Origin: Parvibacter caecicola
GTDB lineage: Bacteria > Actinomycetota > Coriobacteriia > Coriobacteriales > Eggerthellaceae
Reading direction: 5' to 3'
DNA length: 64,000 nucleotides
Assembly: GCF_003725335.1 (NCBI RefSeq)
Contig: NZ_QIBY01000007.1
Coordinates: 50,719 to 114,718 of the forward strand
Of this stretch, positions 1-9,419 are shown piece after piece. Each line of letters begins with the position of its first letter. Position 1 is the stretch's first letter. The notes beneath the pieces were generated by a model, which saw nothing but the letters and a program-made list of their open reading frames with translations, ran no database searches and was not told where the DNA came from. The translations under genes and the position numbers were made by a program.

Positions 1-398
1 AAAAGCGCACTCATGGCACCCGGCGCCGCAGCGGCTGCCTCGGCCATGGCAGCGGAACGCACGTCCAAAATGCGGAAGGCGTCTTCCAGCGACACCATCT
101 CCGCCAGCGCCAACGCGCTGATTTGTCCCAGCGAGAAACCCAGCAGGGCCGCCGGCCGCACGCCGCGGGCCATAAGCGCCCGCCCGATGCCGATGGACAA
201 CGTGGCGATGGTCGCCTGGGCGTTCCTGGTGTCGTTCAGGGCTTCGGCCCCTTCCGGGCCCTCGGCCAAAGCGATGGCGGCCACATCGCGCCCCAGCACG
301 TCGGAGGCGCACTGGAAGGTTTCGGCCACTTCGGGCACATCCAAAAGCGACGCCCCCATGCCCGGCTTCTGGGACCCCTGCCCCGAAGCCATGAACAC
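1..398 (-). CDS. fabD: Malonyl CoA-ACP transacylase FabD, N-terminal part; gene continues beyond window start
   Basis: Reverse-strand translation gives VFMASGQGSQKPGMG...GFSLGQISAL, matching the FabD FPGQGSQ and GHSLGE-type motifs. It lies directly downstream of fabK on the same strand. Start codon is uncertain (GTG at 398 or ATG at 392). Confidence 0.75.
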   Translation of the reverse strand, partial: MFMASGQGSQKPGMGASLLDVPEVAETFQCASDVLGRDVAAIALAEGPEGAEALNDTRNAQATIATLSIGIGRALMARGVRPAALLGFSLGQISALALAEMVSLEDAFRILDVRSAAMAEAAAAAPGAMSAL

Positions 399-489
399 CA
401 GGCATCCCGGTTCTAAAACTAAGGGGGCCAGGGAATCGCTTCCCTGGCCGCAAGCCCCAAGCGGGGCGCTTTCCCTATTGGCCACAGGT

Positions 490-1485
490 CTATTCCTCCC
501 CTGTTCCGCTCACGTTCAGCAGCCGTTCGCGACGGGCGTTCAAGGCGGCCAGGGCATCCAGCCCCATGCCCCCCAGCGCTTCGGCTTCGGCCACCAGCTG
601 GGCAATCACCTCGGCGGCGGTTTCCCGCTCGCTTACCAGGGCCGCCACCTGGCCGGCCATCACCGTGCCGTTGGCCACATCGCCGCTCACCGCGCGCCGC
701 AGCGCCCCCAGGTGCATGGCCTCGATCTCGGCGCCGTTGCTGGCCAGATCTGTCTCCAGAACGCGAACCTTGCGGGCGAAGGGGTTTTTCAGGCAGCGCA
801 CCGGATGCCCGCTGCCGCGGCCGATCACCATGGTGTCGGAATCCTTCGCCTTCAGCACGAACTGCTTGTACTCGTCGGCCACCGTGCACTCGTCCACCGT
901 GAGGAAGCGAGTGCCCATCTGCACGCCCTCGGCCCCCAGGGCAAAGGCGGCGCAGATGCCGCGGCCATCGGCAATGCCACCCGCCGCGATAACCGGAATG
1001 GACACCGCCGCGCACACCGAGGGCACCAGCGCCATGGTGGTCAGCTCGCCCACATGGCCGCCCGATTCGGTGCCTTCCGCCACCACGGCGTCCACCCCCA
1101 GCCGCTCCATGCGCTTGGCCTGGGCGGTGGTGGCTACCACGGGGATAACCTTGATGCCGGCTTCCTTCCACAGAGGCAAGAAGTCCACGGGACTGCCGGC
1201 ACCAGTGGTTACCACCTCTACCCCCATCTCGCACACCAGGCGGGCCAGGTCGGCCGCTTGGGGGTCCATCAGCATGATGTTCACGCCAATGGGCTTGCTG
1301 GTAAGGCTGCGGGCCTTTTGCACCTGCTCGGTCATCCACTCCAGAGAGGCGCCGCCGCCGGCGATGATGCCCAGGCCGCCCCCTTCGCTCACCGCAGCGG
1401 CAAGCGAAGCGTCGGCGATGCGGGCCATGCCCCCTTGGATGATGGGAGCCTCGATGCCCAGCAGCTCAGTTACGCGGGTTTTCAT
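490..1485 (-). CDS. fabK: Enoyl-ACP reductase II FabK (FMN-dependent, nitronate monooxygenase fold)
   Basis: 331-aa ORF reading MKTRVTELLGIEAPIIQGGMA...GSGHPVRCLKNPF, a typical FabK/NMO sequence, flanked by acpP and fabD. Confidence 0.9.
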   Translation of the reverse strand: MKTRVTELLGIEAPIIQGGMARIADASLAAAVSEGGGLGIIAGGGASLEWMTEQVQKARSLTSKPIGVNIMLMDPQAADLARLVCEMGVEVVTTGAGSPVDFLPLWKEAGIKVIPVVATTAQAKRMERLGVDAVVAEGTESGGHVGELTTMALVPSVCAAVSIPVIAAGGIADGRGICAAFALGAEGVQMGTRFLTVDECTVADEYKQFVLKAKDSDTMVIGRGSGHPVRCLKNPFARKVRVLETDLASNGAEIEAMHLGALRRAVSGDVANGTVMAGQVAALVSERETAAEVIAQLVAEAEALGGMGLDALAALNARRERLLNVSGTGEE

Positions 1486-1496
1486 AAAGGCAGGCC

Positions 1497-1718
1497 TTAT
1501 TTCAGGGAATCGATGTGGGCCACGATGTCACCGATGGTGGTGAGGCCTTCCGGCTCGCCGAACTCGATTTCGCAGCGCTCCTCGATGTCGCACACCAGCT
1601 CCACCATGTCCAGGGAGTCGATGCCCAGGCCCTCCATGGTGGCCTCGGCGGTAATGGCCTCGGGATCGAGGTCGAGGTTTTCTACCAGAACTTCGCGCAC
1701 TGTGTCGATGGTTGCCAT
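1497..1718 (-). CDS. acpP: Acyl carrier protein
   Basis: 73 aa with the GIDSLDMVEL phosphopantetheine-attachment motif. Confidence 0.9.
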   Translation of the reverse strand: MATIDTVREVLVENLDLDPEAITAEATMEGLGIDSLDMVELVCDIEERCEIEFGEPEGLTTIGDIVAHIDSLK

Positions 1719-1748
1719 GAACGGCTCCTTTCACCGTGTTTTTGATTT

Positions 1749-1767
1749 GTTGAACAATCAACATGTT
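1749..1767. promoter_or_regulatory. Imperfect palindrome GTTGAACAATCAAC/AACATGTT in the divergent acpP/fabH intergenic region; candidate operator for a fatty-acid synthesis regulator
   Basis: Inverted repeat seen directly in the 200-bp divergent intergenic region. It resembles TTTGA..TCAAA-type FabT boxes. This is inference only. Confidence 0.3.
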
Positions 1768-1917
1768 AATATAACCCAACGGAACGCGACGCAGAAAGCC
1801 CCAACGGCAAACGGCGCCACTTTTCCGAGAGCCTTTCATATGATTCGCAAACTACCATCGATGCGCACCCATTGCCCGGCAAGCGGCAGCTTTGCGCACG
1901 GGAAAAGGAAGCTGTCC

Positions 1918-2976
1918 ATGGGATGCACCATAACCGGCTGGGGCAAGGCCCTTCCCCAGCTCACGGTAACCAACGACGACCTGGCGAAGCTGGTGGAAAC
2001 CAACGACGAATGGATTGTGGAGCGCACCGGCATCCGCCGCCGCCACGTGGCCACCACCGAAACCACCACCAGCCTGGCCTCCCAAGCCGGCGCTGCGGCG
2101 CTGGAGAAAGCCGGGCTTCAGCCAGCCGACGTGGACCTGCTCATCTGCATGACCATCACCCCCGATGCCATCATCCCCTCCCAGGCCTGCCTGGTGAAGG
2201 CGGAAATGGGGCTGGAAAACGCTGTTGCCTTCGACCTGAACGCCGCCTGCTCCGGGTGCATTTTTGGCACCGATGTGGCATCGGCCATGATGGAGGCCAG
2301 CATGGCCGGCAGCGGCAGCAGCCGCAACCCCATCAGAAATGCCCTGGTGATTGGGGTGGATTGCCTGAGCCGCATCGTGGACTGGACCGACCGCGCCACC
2401 TGCGTGCTGTTCGGCGACGGGGCCGGCGCCGCCGTGCTTTCCTGGCGGCCGCAGCAGCCGGGCATCCTGGCCAGTTACCTGCGCAACATCGATGACAGCC
2501 AGCTGTATTTGGCCTGCGACACCGTGTACGACAGCTCCACCTTCCCCTTCGGGCAAGGGGGCGCACCGGCCCCGGTGGTGGTGATCGCCGGGCTTGAGGC
2601 GCCCGAAAACAGCGGCGACGCCTTCAACCCCTTCATCTCCATGCAAGGGCAAAAGGTGTTCAAGTTCGCCGCCACCGCCATGGCCGAAGCGGTGGACGAG
2701 GTGTGCCAGCGGGCCGGCGTTTCATTGGACGATGTGGCCTGCATCGTGCCCCATCAGGCCAACGAACGCATCATCCGCTTCGCTGCCAAAAAGATGGGGG
2801 TGGATATGGACCGCTTCCAGGTTTCCATCGAGGAGGTGGGCAACACCAGCGCCTCCAGCGTGCTGATGGCGCTGGCAGACGCGCTGGACAACGGGAAGGC
2901 ACAGCCAGGCGACAAGGTGATCCTGGTGGGCTTCGGCGCCGGCCTTACCTATGGTTCGCTGCTGTTCCAGGTTTAA
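1918..2976 (+). CDS. fabH: 3-oxoacyl-ACP synthase III FabH
   Basis: The C-terminal 350 aa of the long + ORF read MGCTITGWGKALP...AACSGC...HQANERI...GFGAGLTYGS, which is the FabH catalytic Cys/His/Asn context. Upstream of 1918 the ORF is a high-GC open-frame artefact. Confidence 0.88.
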   Translation: MGCTITGWGKALPQLTVTNDDLAKLVETNDEWIVERTGIRRRHVATTETTTSLASQAGAAALEKAGLQPADVDLLICMTITPDAIIPSQACLVKAEMGLENAVAFDLNAACSGCIFGTDVASAMMEASMAGSGSSRNPIRNALVIGVDCLSRIVDWTDRATCVLFGDGAGAAVLSWRPQQPGILASYLRNIDDSQLYLACDTVYDSSTFPFGQGGAPAPVVVIAGLEAPENSGDAFNPFISMQGQKVFKFAATAMAEAVDEVCQRAGVSLDDVACIVPHQANERIIRFAAKKMGVDMDRFQVSIEEVGNTSASSVLMALADALDNGKAQPGDKVILVGFGAGLTYGSLLFQV

Positions 2977-3698
2977 GGGCGACCGTCTTCCACCCGCAGC
3001 ATGCGGTAGCCAATGCCCACATGGGTTTGAATGAAATGAGGGCCCTCCGGGGAGGGCTCTATTTTTTTGCGCAGCGTGGCCATGAACACCCGCAGGCTGG
3101 GCAAATCCGATGCCACTGCGTTGCCCCACACCTCTTTCAGGATGTAGTTGCGAGTGAGCACCTTGCCGGTGTTGCGGGCCAAAAGCACCAGCAGCTTGTA
3201 CTCGATGGGGGTGAGGTGCAACTCTTCGCCATCCAGAGTGGCCACGCCGGCCTCGAAGTCGATGGCCAGCGGGCCGTTGCGGTACTGGGCCGGCTGGGCG
3301 CTGGCGGCCGGAGCCTCGCCGGCCTGCCGCCGCAACGCCACCCGCACCCGCGCTAACAGCTCTTCCACCGAGAAGGGTTTGGTGAGGTAGTCGTCGGCGC
3401 CGGCATCTAGAGCGGTCACCTTATCGGCATCTTCCTGGCGGGCGGAAAGCACGATCACCGGAATGCGCGACCAGCCCCGCAGCGCCCCTATCACCTCGAC
3501 GCCATCGCGGTCGGGCAGCCCCAGGTCAAGGATGACCAGATTCACGTCGGCGGCGCTGGTGAGCTCTAGCAACGCGGCGGTGGCGCTGGCCACCTCCCGG
3601 TGGCGATAGCCGTGCACGTCCAACGCCGTGGCAACCAAATTGCGCACTGCGGCGTCATCCTCCACCACCAAAATCACACCGTCACTTATCTGCGCCAT
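2973..3698 (-). CDS. kdpE: OmpR-family response regulator KdpE
   Basis: Receiver domain (ILVVEDD...LDLGLPD) plus winged-helix C-terminus. It overlaps the kdpD 3' end as in kdpDE operons. Start assigned at the MAQISDGVILVVEDD methionine. Confidence 0.88.
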   Translation of the reverse strand: MAQISDGVILVVEDDAAVRNLVATALDVHGYRHREVASATAALLELTSAADVNLVILDLGLPDRDGVEVIGALRGWSRIPVIVLSARQEDADKVTALDAGADDYLTKPFSVEELLARVRVALRRQAGEAPAASAQPAQYRNGPLAIDFEAGVATLDGEELHLTPIEYKLLVLLARNTGKVLTRNYILKEVWGNAVASDLPSLRVFMATLRKKIEPSPEGPHFIQTHVGIGYRMLRVEDGRP

Positions 3699-6579
3699 CG
3701 CGCGCCTCTCCTTCTTCCTTCTCTGCATCGAGCGGGCCATGACAGGGCATGGCCCCGTCGGTCACGCTGACCACCGACAGATAGAACGTGAACACGCAGC
3801 CGTGGGGCTGGGCGTCTGTCAAATGCATGTCGCCGCCATGGGCCCGCAGGATAGACCGGCACAGCGCCAGCCCCAGTCCCATGCCGCGGCGGGCATCGCC
3901 CCCCTCCCCGGCCGGGCGTGTCACACCGGGAAGGGGGGCCTTATCAGATAGCCGCGCCCCCATCACCGCCGAGGCGCCGTGGTAGAACAGGTCGAACACC
4001 CGCGTCTTTTCGCCATCGGCAATGCCCGGGCCGTTGTCGGCCACGCAAAAGCGCACCCGCGCGCCTTCCGCCTGCGCCGACACCGTAATGGTGGAACCGG
4101 CCGGCGTGTAGGCGATGGCGTTGTTCACCAGATTCACCAGCACTTGCACGATAAGGCGGCCATCCATCTGGGCCATCAGCAGCTCATCATCCATCAGCAC
4201 TTCCAGCTGGTGATCGGCAATGCGGCGACTTGCGTGACGCAGCGCTTCGGCCACCACATCGGCCACCAGCTCTGGCTGCAGCTGCACCTGCACATCGCCG
4301 TCGTCCAGCCGCGTTACCGACAGCAGGTTCTCCACCAGGCCAATCAGCCACGCCGCATCTTCGGCTATGTCGGTCTCCAGGCGGCGCCGCTGCTGGGGGC
4401 TCAAAGCCCCTTCATCGGCCAGCAGCATGTCGGCATCGCCGGAAATACTGGTAAGCGGGGTGCGCAGGTCGTGGGAGATGGAGCGCAGCAAATTGGTGCG
4501 CAGCGCTTCTTTTTCCGCCTTCATGGTGAGGTCGCGGTGGCGGCGGGCCAGTGCTACCGACTCGGCTGCCTGGCCGCATTCGTCCAGCAAGGCCGCCAGC
4601 AGGTTGTGCTCGAAGGGGCCCAGGTCGTCATTGCCTTCCAGCACCAGCCCCGCCACGCCCCACACGGCATCCTTGCCGCGGATGGGCACGTAGCGGCAAC
4701 GGGCCTCCCGCAGCGTGTCGGTGCCGGCGCCGGCCGCCTCGCCGTTGGCGGCCACCCATGCGGCCACCGCCGCCTCGGCCGGCGTGGTGAGGGCCGCTGT
4801 GTCCACAACGCGCCCCTCCCCCTTCGGGCCGTCGTACACCCGCGGCGGGCGCAGGCCGCCGGGGCTTGTGGCATCCGCTTCGTACATCACCACCGGGTAA
4901 TCCAAAATCTTCACCACCTGCACCGCCGCCGCTTCCAGGCACCCCTGCAAACTGGTGGCGCTTTGCAGCATGCGGGTGCTCTCCAGCAGCACCTCAGTGC
5001 GGTAGGAACGGCGGGTGGCTTGGGCCGCCTGCCGCTTCAAACGAATGGCCAAAGACGACGACGCCAACGTTCCTATCAGCAGAAACGTGAAAATGATCGG
5101 CGCCGACATTCCATAAGCATGGAAGGTGAACCGCGGCGCGGTGAAAAAGAAGCTGTAGGCCACCACGCTGCCCAGGGCCACCAGCACCGCATACAAAAAG
5201 CCGTCGGCCCGGGTGGCCAGCAGCAGCGCCACCAGCAGATACACCATCAGAATCACCGACGTGGCAGGGCTCACCATCCAGGCAATCTGGCTCACGGCCG
5301 TTGCCAGCACCACCGCCGCGGCGGCGCGAGCAGCATCGGCGGCCGTGGGGCGAAAGCCGGTCACCACCCCCGTGCTGGCCAAAGCCGTCGGGGCATCCAA
5401 CGCCGGCACCGCGGTAACTGTGGCCTCGGGGGCGGCGCGGCGCAGACGGTACACGAGGTCTTTGCGGGGCAGCCACCCGGCCCGCTGCCGCGTGGCCGGC
5501 GCCACGATATGGCGAATGCCAGCCGAAGCCGCGTAGAGCGCCGCCGGCTGCACCGGGTCGTCCCCGGTCAGGGTAACAACGCGGGCCCCCAGCTGCTCGG
5601 CCAGCGCCAGCGCTTCCCGCATCTGGGCATTTTCCGCATCGGTTTGGCCATTGTCTTCGGAAGGCTCCACCGCCAGGGCCACCAGGGTACCGCCAGACGC
5701 TTCGGCAAGAGATGCCGCGGCGCGCACCACCCGCGCCTGCGGCCCTTCGCCGGCAATCAGCACCAGCACGTCATCGGCGCCGGCGGAGCGGGGCTCGCTG
5801 GCCTGACGGCGGTCGCGCCCCAGCCGGTCGGCGGCGCGGCGCAGGGCAATTTCGCGGAGCGCCCCCAAATTGGAACGGGAGAAGAAGTGCTCCAGCGCCC
5901 ACGCGGCCCGCTCGGGAGCGTACACCTTGCCGGCCCGCAGCCGCTCAATCAGCTCGGCCGGCTCCAAATCCACCAGCTCCACCGAATCAGCGGCGTCGAA
6001 CAGCCGGTCGGGCACCCTCTCGCTCACCGCCACCGAAGTGACGGCGGCCACCTTGTCGTTCACGCCTTCCAGGTGCTGCACGTTCACCGTGGTGTACACG
6101 TCGATGCCGGCCCGCAGCAGCTCTTCCACATCCTGATAACGCTTGCGGTGACGGCACCCCGGCGCGTTGCTGTGGGCCAGCTCATCCACCAGCACCACCT
6201 GCGGATGGCGCTGCAGCGCCGCATCCAGGTCGAACTCCTTAAGACCGATACCGCGATGGCACACCCGTTTGGGGGGCAGCACCTCCAGTCCCTTCAGCAA
6301 AGCCAGGGTATCCACGCGGGTATGGGGCTCCACGTAGCCCACTACTACGTCAACGCCCGCCTCCTGGGCCCTGTGGGCCTCTTCCAGCATGGCGTAGGTT
6401 TTTCCCACACCGGCCGCATAGCCAAAGAACACCTTCAGCCGCCCCATGGGGCGCGCATCGGCCTGGGCGCCTTCTTCTTCCTCTTGAACCCGGCGCAGAA
6501 GGGCGTCCGGATCGGGCCGCTCGTCGCTGTTGTCGCGCGTTATGCTCACCAGTCCTCCCCTTCGCCTGGCTTCCTCCAT
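3682..6579 (-). CDS. kdpD: Sensor histidine kinase KdpD
   Basis: 965 aa. N-terminal KdpD domain (RPDPDALL, GKLKVFFGYAAGVGKTYAML), Usp-like region, TM segment, GAF region, HisKA (SHDLRTPLT) and HATPase (DNGPGI). Confidence 0.92.
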   Translation of the reverse strand: MEEARRRGGLVSITRDNSDERPDPDALLRRVQEEEEGAQADARPMGRLKVFFGYAAGVGKTYAMLEEAHRAQEAGVDVVVGYVEPHTRVDTLALLKGLEVLPPKRVCHRGIGLKEFDLDAALQRHPQVVLVDELAHSNAPGCRHRKRYQDVEELLRAGIDVYTTVNVQHLEGVNDKVAAVTSVAVSERVPDRLFDAADSVELVDLEPAELIERLRAGKVYAPERAAWALEHFFSRSNLGALREIALRRAADRLGRDRRQASEPRSAGADDVLVLIAGEGPQARVVRAAASLAEASGGTLVALAVEPSEDNGQTDAENAQMREALALAEQLGARVVTLTGDDPVQPAALYAASAGIRHIVAPATRQRAGWLPRKDLVYRLRRAAPEATVTAVPALDAPTALASTGVVTGFRPTAADAARAAAAVVLATAVSQIAWMVSPATSVILMVYLLVALLLATRADGFLYAVLVALGSVVAYSFFFTAPRFTFHAYGMSAPIIFTFLLIGTLASSSLAIRLKRQAAQATRRSYRTEVLLESTRMLQSATSLQGCLEAAAVQVVKILDYPVVMYEADATSPGGLRPPRVYDGPKGEGRVVDTAALTTPAEAAVAAWVAANGEAAGAGTDTLREARCRYVPIRGKDAVWGVAGLVLEGNDDLGPFEHNLLAALLDECGQAAESVALARRHRDLTMKAEKEALRTNLLRSISHDLRTPLTSISGDADMLLADEGALSPQQRRRLETDIAEDAAWLIGLVENLLSVTRLDDGDVQVQLQPELVADVVAEALRHASRRIADHQLEVLMDDELLMAQMDGRLIVQVLVNLVNNAIAYTPAGSTITVSAQAEGARVRFCVADNGPGIADGEKTRVFDLFYHGASAVMGARLSDKAPLPGVTRPAGEGGDARRGMGLGLALCRSILRAHGGDMHLTDAQPHGCVFTFYLSVVSVTDGAMPCHGPLDAEKEEGEARDGADK

Positions 6580-6626
6580 TTGGCCTCAATCCTAGCATTA
6601 CCGGGTTGTGCCTCGGTGCCGGCTCA

Positions 6627-7253
6627 TCAACGGTTGGGCACCGCGTCCAGCACGCCGTCCAGCATCAGATTCACCTCAAGAACGTTCACCCGCGCCTGGC
6701 CGATGGCCCCTAAAAGCGGCTCCTCGGTGCACTGGCGAATGATGGCCCGCACCTCTTCTTCGCTGCGACCCGTAGCCTGGGCGATGCGTCCCACCTGGTA
6801 GTCGGCCGCCGCCGGCGAGATGTGGGGGTCGAAGCCAGAGCCAGACACGGTCACCAGTTCGCTGGGCACCGGCTCGTTGGCCTGGTCGGGGTGGGCAGCG
6901 CGGATGGCTTCCACCCGCTGCTGCACCCGCTGGGCAAACTCATCGCTAGCAGGGCTGAGGTTCTCGGGCGCGTACCACAAAAGCGGCTGGCCGTCCTCGC
7001 CTTGAAACGCTGTGGCGTTGGCCACCGTGGGGCGCCCCCACAGGTGCTTCATGTCGCTGAAGGGCTGCCCCACCAGCTGGCTTCCGTACTTCACGCCATC
7101 CACTTCTATGACCGATCCGTTTGCCTGCCAGGGGAAGGCCAGCTGACCCACCGCCCCCACCGCAAAGGGGTAGGCCACCCCCAACACCACCGTGGCCAGC
7201 ACAAACACCACCACCGCCCGGGCAAGCCCCTCACCGATCATTCGAGCATTCAT
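6627..7253 (-). CDS. kdpC: K+-transporting ATPase subunit C
   Basis: KdpC-like sequence with N-terminal TM. Start chosen at MNARMIGEGL, preceded by GGAAAGGAA, rather than the longer upstream ORF. Confidence 0.82.
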   Translation of the reverse strand: MNARMIGEGLARAVVVFVLATVVLGVAYPFAVGAVGQLAFPWQANGSVIEVDGVKYGSQLVGQPFSDMKHLWGRPTVANATAFQGEDGQPLLWYAPENLSPASDEFAQRVQQRVEAIRAAHPDQANEPVPSELVTVSGSGFDPHISPAAADYQVGRIAQATGRSEEEVRAIIRQCTEEPLLGAIGQARVNVLEVNLMLDGVLDAVPNR

Positions 7254-7322
7254 CGCTGTTCCTTTCCGCACAGGGCGCGCCCTAAGTTCGCGCCCCGAAA
7301 CAATCTTCACAATCCGCCGCGC

Positions 7323-9407
7323 CTAAGCCACGCCTATCGCCACCAGCGCCATATCCAGCGCTTTGATGGCCACGAACGGCACTGCCACGCCCCCCAGCCC
7401 GTACAGGGCCAGGTTGCGCCCCAGCAGAGCGTTGGGGCTGCCTTCGCGGTACTTCACTCCGCGCAACGCCAGCGGTATCAGCGCCACAATGATCAAGGCG
7501 TTGTAGATGATGGCCGCCAACATGGCGCTGGCGGGCGACGCCAAGTGCATGATGTTCAGCGCCTCCAGCCCCGGGTACAGCGGCACCAACAGCGCCGGGA
7601 TGACGGCGAAGTACTTGGCCAGGTCGTTGGCGATGGAGAAGGTGGTGAGGCTGCCGCGGGTCATCAGCATCTGCTTGCCAATGCGCACGATTTCAATCAG
7701 CTTGGTGGGCGACGAGTCCAAATCCACCATGTTGCCGGCCTCCTTGGCCGCCTGGGTACCGCTGTTCATGGCCACCGCCACGTCCGCCTGGGCCAGCGCC
7801 GGCGCGTCGTTGGTGCCGTCGCCGGTCATGGCCACCAAGTGCCCCTCTGCCTGATAGCGGCGGATGGCCTCCAGTTTCGCCTCCGGCGTGGCCTCGGCAA
7901 TGAAGTCGTCCAGCCCCGCCTCGGCGGCGATGGCGGCGGCGGTAAGGGGGTTGTCGCCGGTCACCATCACGGTTTTGATGCCCATGGCGTGCAGGTCGGC
8001 GAAGTTCTCGCGAATGCCCGATTTGATGATGTCCTTCAGCTGGATAACTCCCAGCACCCGTCCGTCGCGGGCCACCACCAAAGGAGTGCCGCCTTCGCTG
8101 GCCACTTGGTTGGCCACCTGGGCGCACTGGTTGCTGAAAGTGCCGCCGCGGGCCTCCACATAGGCGCGCACCGCGTCGGCCGCCCCCTTGCGCAGCTCGT
8201 GACCGTCGAAATCCACGCCGCTCATGCGGGTGGCGGCGCTGAAGGGCACCACGGTGAAGCCGGCGCCGGTGAGGGTACGCTCGCGAATGCCGAAGCGCTC
8301 CTTCGCCAGCACCACCACGCTGCGTCCCTCGGGGGTCTCGTCCGCCAGGCTGGCCAGCTGGGCGGCATCGGCCAGCGCGCGCTCGTCAGCACCGTCCACC
8401 GGAATGAAGGCAGCTGCCTGGCGGTTACCCAGGGTGATGGTGCCGGTTTTGTCCAGCAGCAACACGTCCACATCGCCTGCCGCCTCCACGGCCCGTCCGC
8501 TCTTCGCCAGCACGTTGGCCTGGTTCAGGCGGCTCATGCCGGCGATGCCAATGGCAGAGAGCAGGGCACCGATGGTGGTGGGGGCCAGGCACACGAACAG
8601 CGCCACCAGGGAAGTGAGCCCCAGCGGGTTTTGGGCCCCCTGGCTTTGGGCCGAGAAGGCGCCGAAGCCGTACAGAGTCCAGGCCACCGCCAGAAACACC
8701 AGCGTCAGCGCGATGAGCAGCAGCTCCAGCGCCCGCTCGTTGGGGGTTTTCTTGCGGGCGGCGCTTTCCACCATGGCGATCATCTGGTCAAGGAAGCTGT
8801 GGCCCGCCTCGGCGGTCACCCGGGCCACCAGCCAATCGGATAGCACCGTGGTGCCGCCGGTAAGGGCCGAGCGGTCGCCGCCGGATTCGCGCACCACCGG
8901 GGCAGATTCGCCAGTGATGGCACTTTCGTCAACCGATGCGGCCCCCAGCAGTATCTCACCGTCGGCCGGCACTTGGCCGCCAGCGCTCACCAGGTACAGC
9001 TGGCCGCGCTTCAGTTGCGAAGAGCTGACAGCCCGCGCCGCGCCGGCCAAAAGCGCCGCAGCCTCTTCCGGCTCGGCCTCGGCCGCTTGGGCCAGCGTCG
9101 CCTCGTCCACCACCTGCGCCTCCACATCGCGCTTGGCGCTGCGCAGGGCGTCCGCCTGGGCCTTGCCCCGGCCCTCCGCCAGCGCTTCGGCAAAATTGCC
9201 GAACAGCACCGTGGCCCACAGCACTCCGCAGATAGCGGCGATGTAGCCGCTGGGGGCGTCGGAGATGCCGAACCACGACAGCACCAGCAGCACGGTGGTG
9301 AGCGCCGCCGACACATACACCATGAACATCACCGGGTTGGCCGCCTGCGCCCGCGGCGCTAGTTTGGCGAAGGAATCGCGAATTGCGCGTTTGAACAGGG
9401 AATCCAT
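7323..9407 (-). CDS. kdpB: K+-transporting P-type ATPase subunit B
   Basis: 694 aa with DKTGTIT phosphorylation motif and TGDN/GDGTND motifs. Confidence 0.95.
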   Translation of the reverse strand: MDSLFKRAIRDSFAKLAPRAQAANPVMFMVYVSAALTTVLLVLSWFGISDAPSGYIAAICGVLWATVLFGNFAEALAEGRGKAQADALRSAKRDVEAQVVDEATLAQAAEAEPEEAAALLAGAARAVSSSQLKRGQLYLVSAGGQVPADGEILLGAASVDESAITGESAPVVRESGGDRSALTGGTTVLSDWLVARVTAEAGHSFLDQMIAMVESAARKKTPNERALELLLIALTLVFLAVAWTLYGFGAFSAQSQGAQNPLGLTSLVALFVCLAPTTIGALLSAIGIAGMSRLNQANVLAKSGRAVEAAGDVDVLLLDKTGTITLGNRQAAAFIPVDGADERALADAAQLASLADETPEGRSVVVLAKERFGIRERTLTGAGFTVVPFSAATRMSGVDFDGHELRKGAADAVRAYVEARGGTFSNQCAQVANQVASEGGTPLVVARDGRVLGVIQLKDIIKSGIRENFADLHAMGIKTVMVTGDNPLTAAAIAAEAGLDDFIAEATPEAKLEAIRRYQAEGHLVAMTGDGTNDAPALAQADVAVAMNSGTQAAKEAGNMVDLDSSPTKLIEIVRIGKQMLMTRGSLTTFSIANDLAKYFAVIPALLVPLYPGLEALNIMHLASPASAMLAAIIYNALIIVALIPLALRGVKYREGSPNALLGRNLALYGLGGVAVPFVAIKALDMALVAIGVA

Positions 9408-9419
9408 TGTGCGCCTCCT

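Noticed and set aside
13-2976. 987-aa plus-strand ORF spanning the whole fab region
   Set aside because: High-GC open-frame artefact. Its 5' two-thirds lies antisense to fabD, fabK and acpP, which have clear protein signatures. Only the last 353 codons (fabH) are real.
3979-6801. 940-aa plus-strand ORF
   Set aside because: Antisense to kdpD. Its composition is rich in R/G/H/Q and typical of reverse-frame translation of GC-rich coding DNA.
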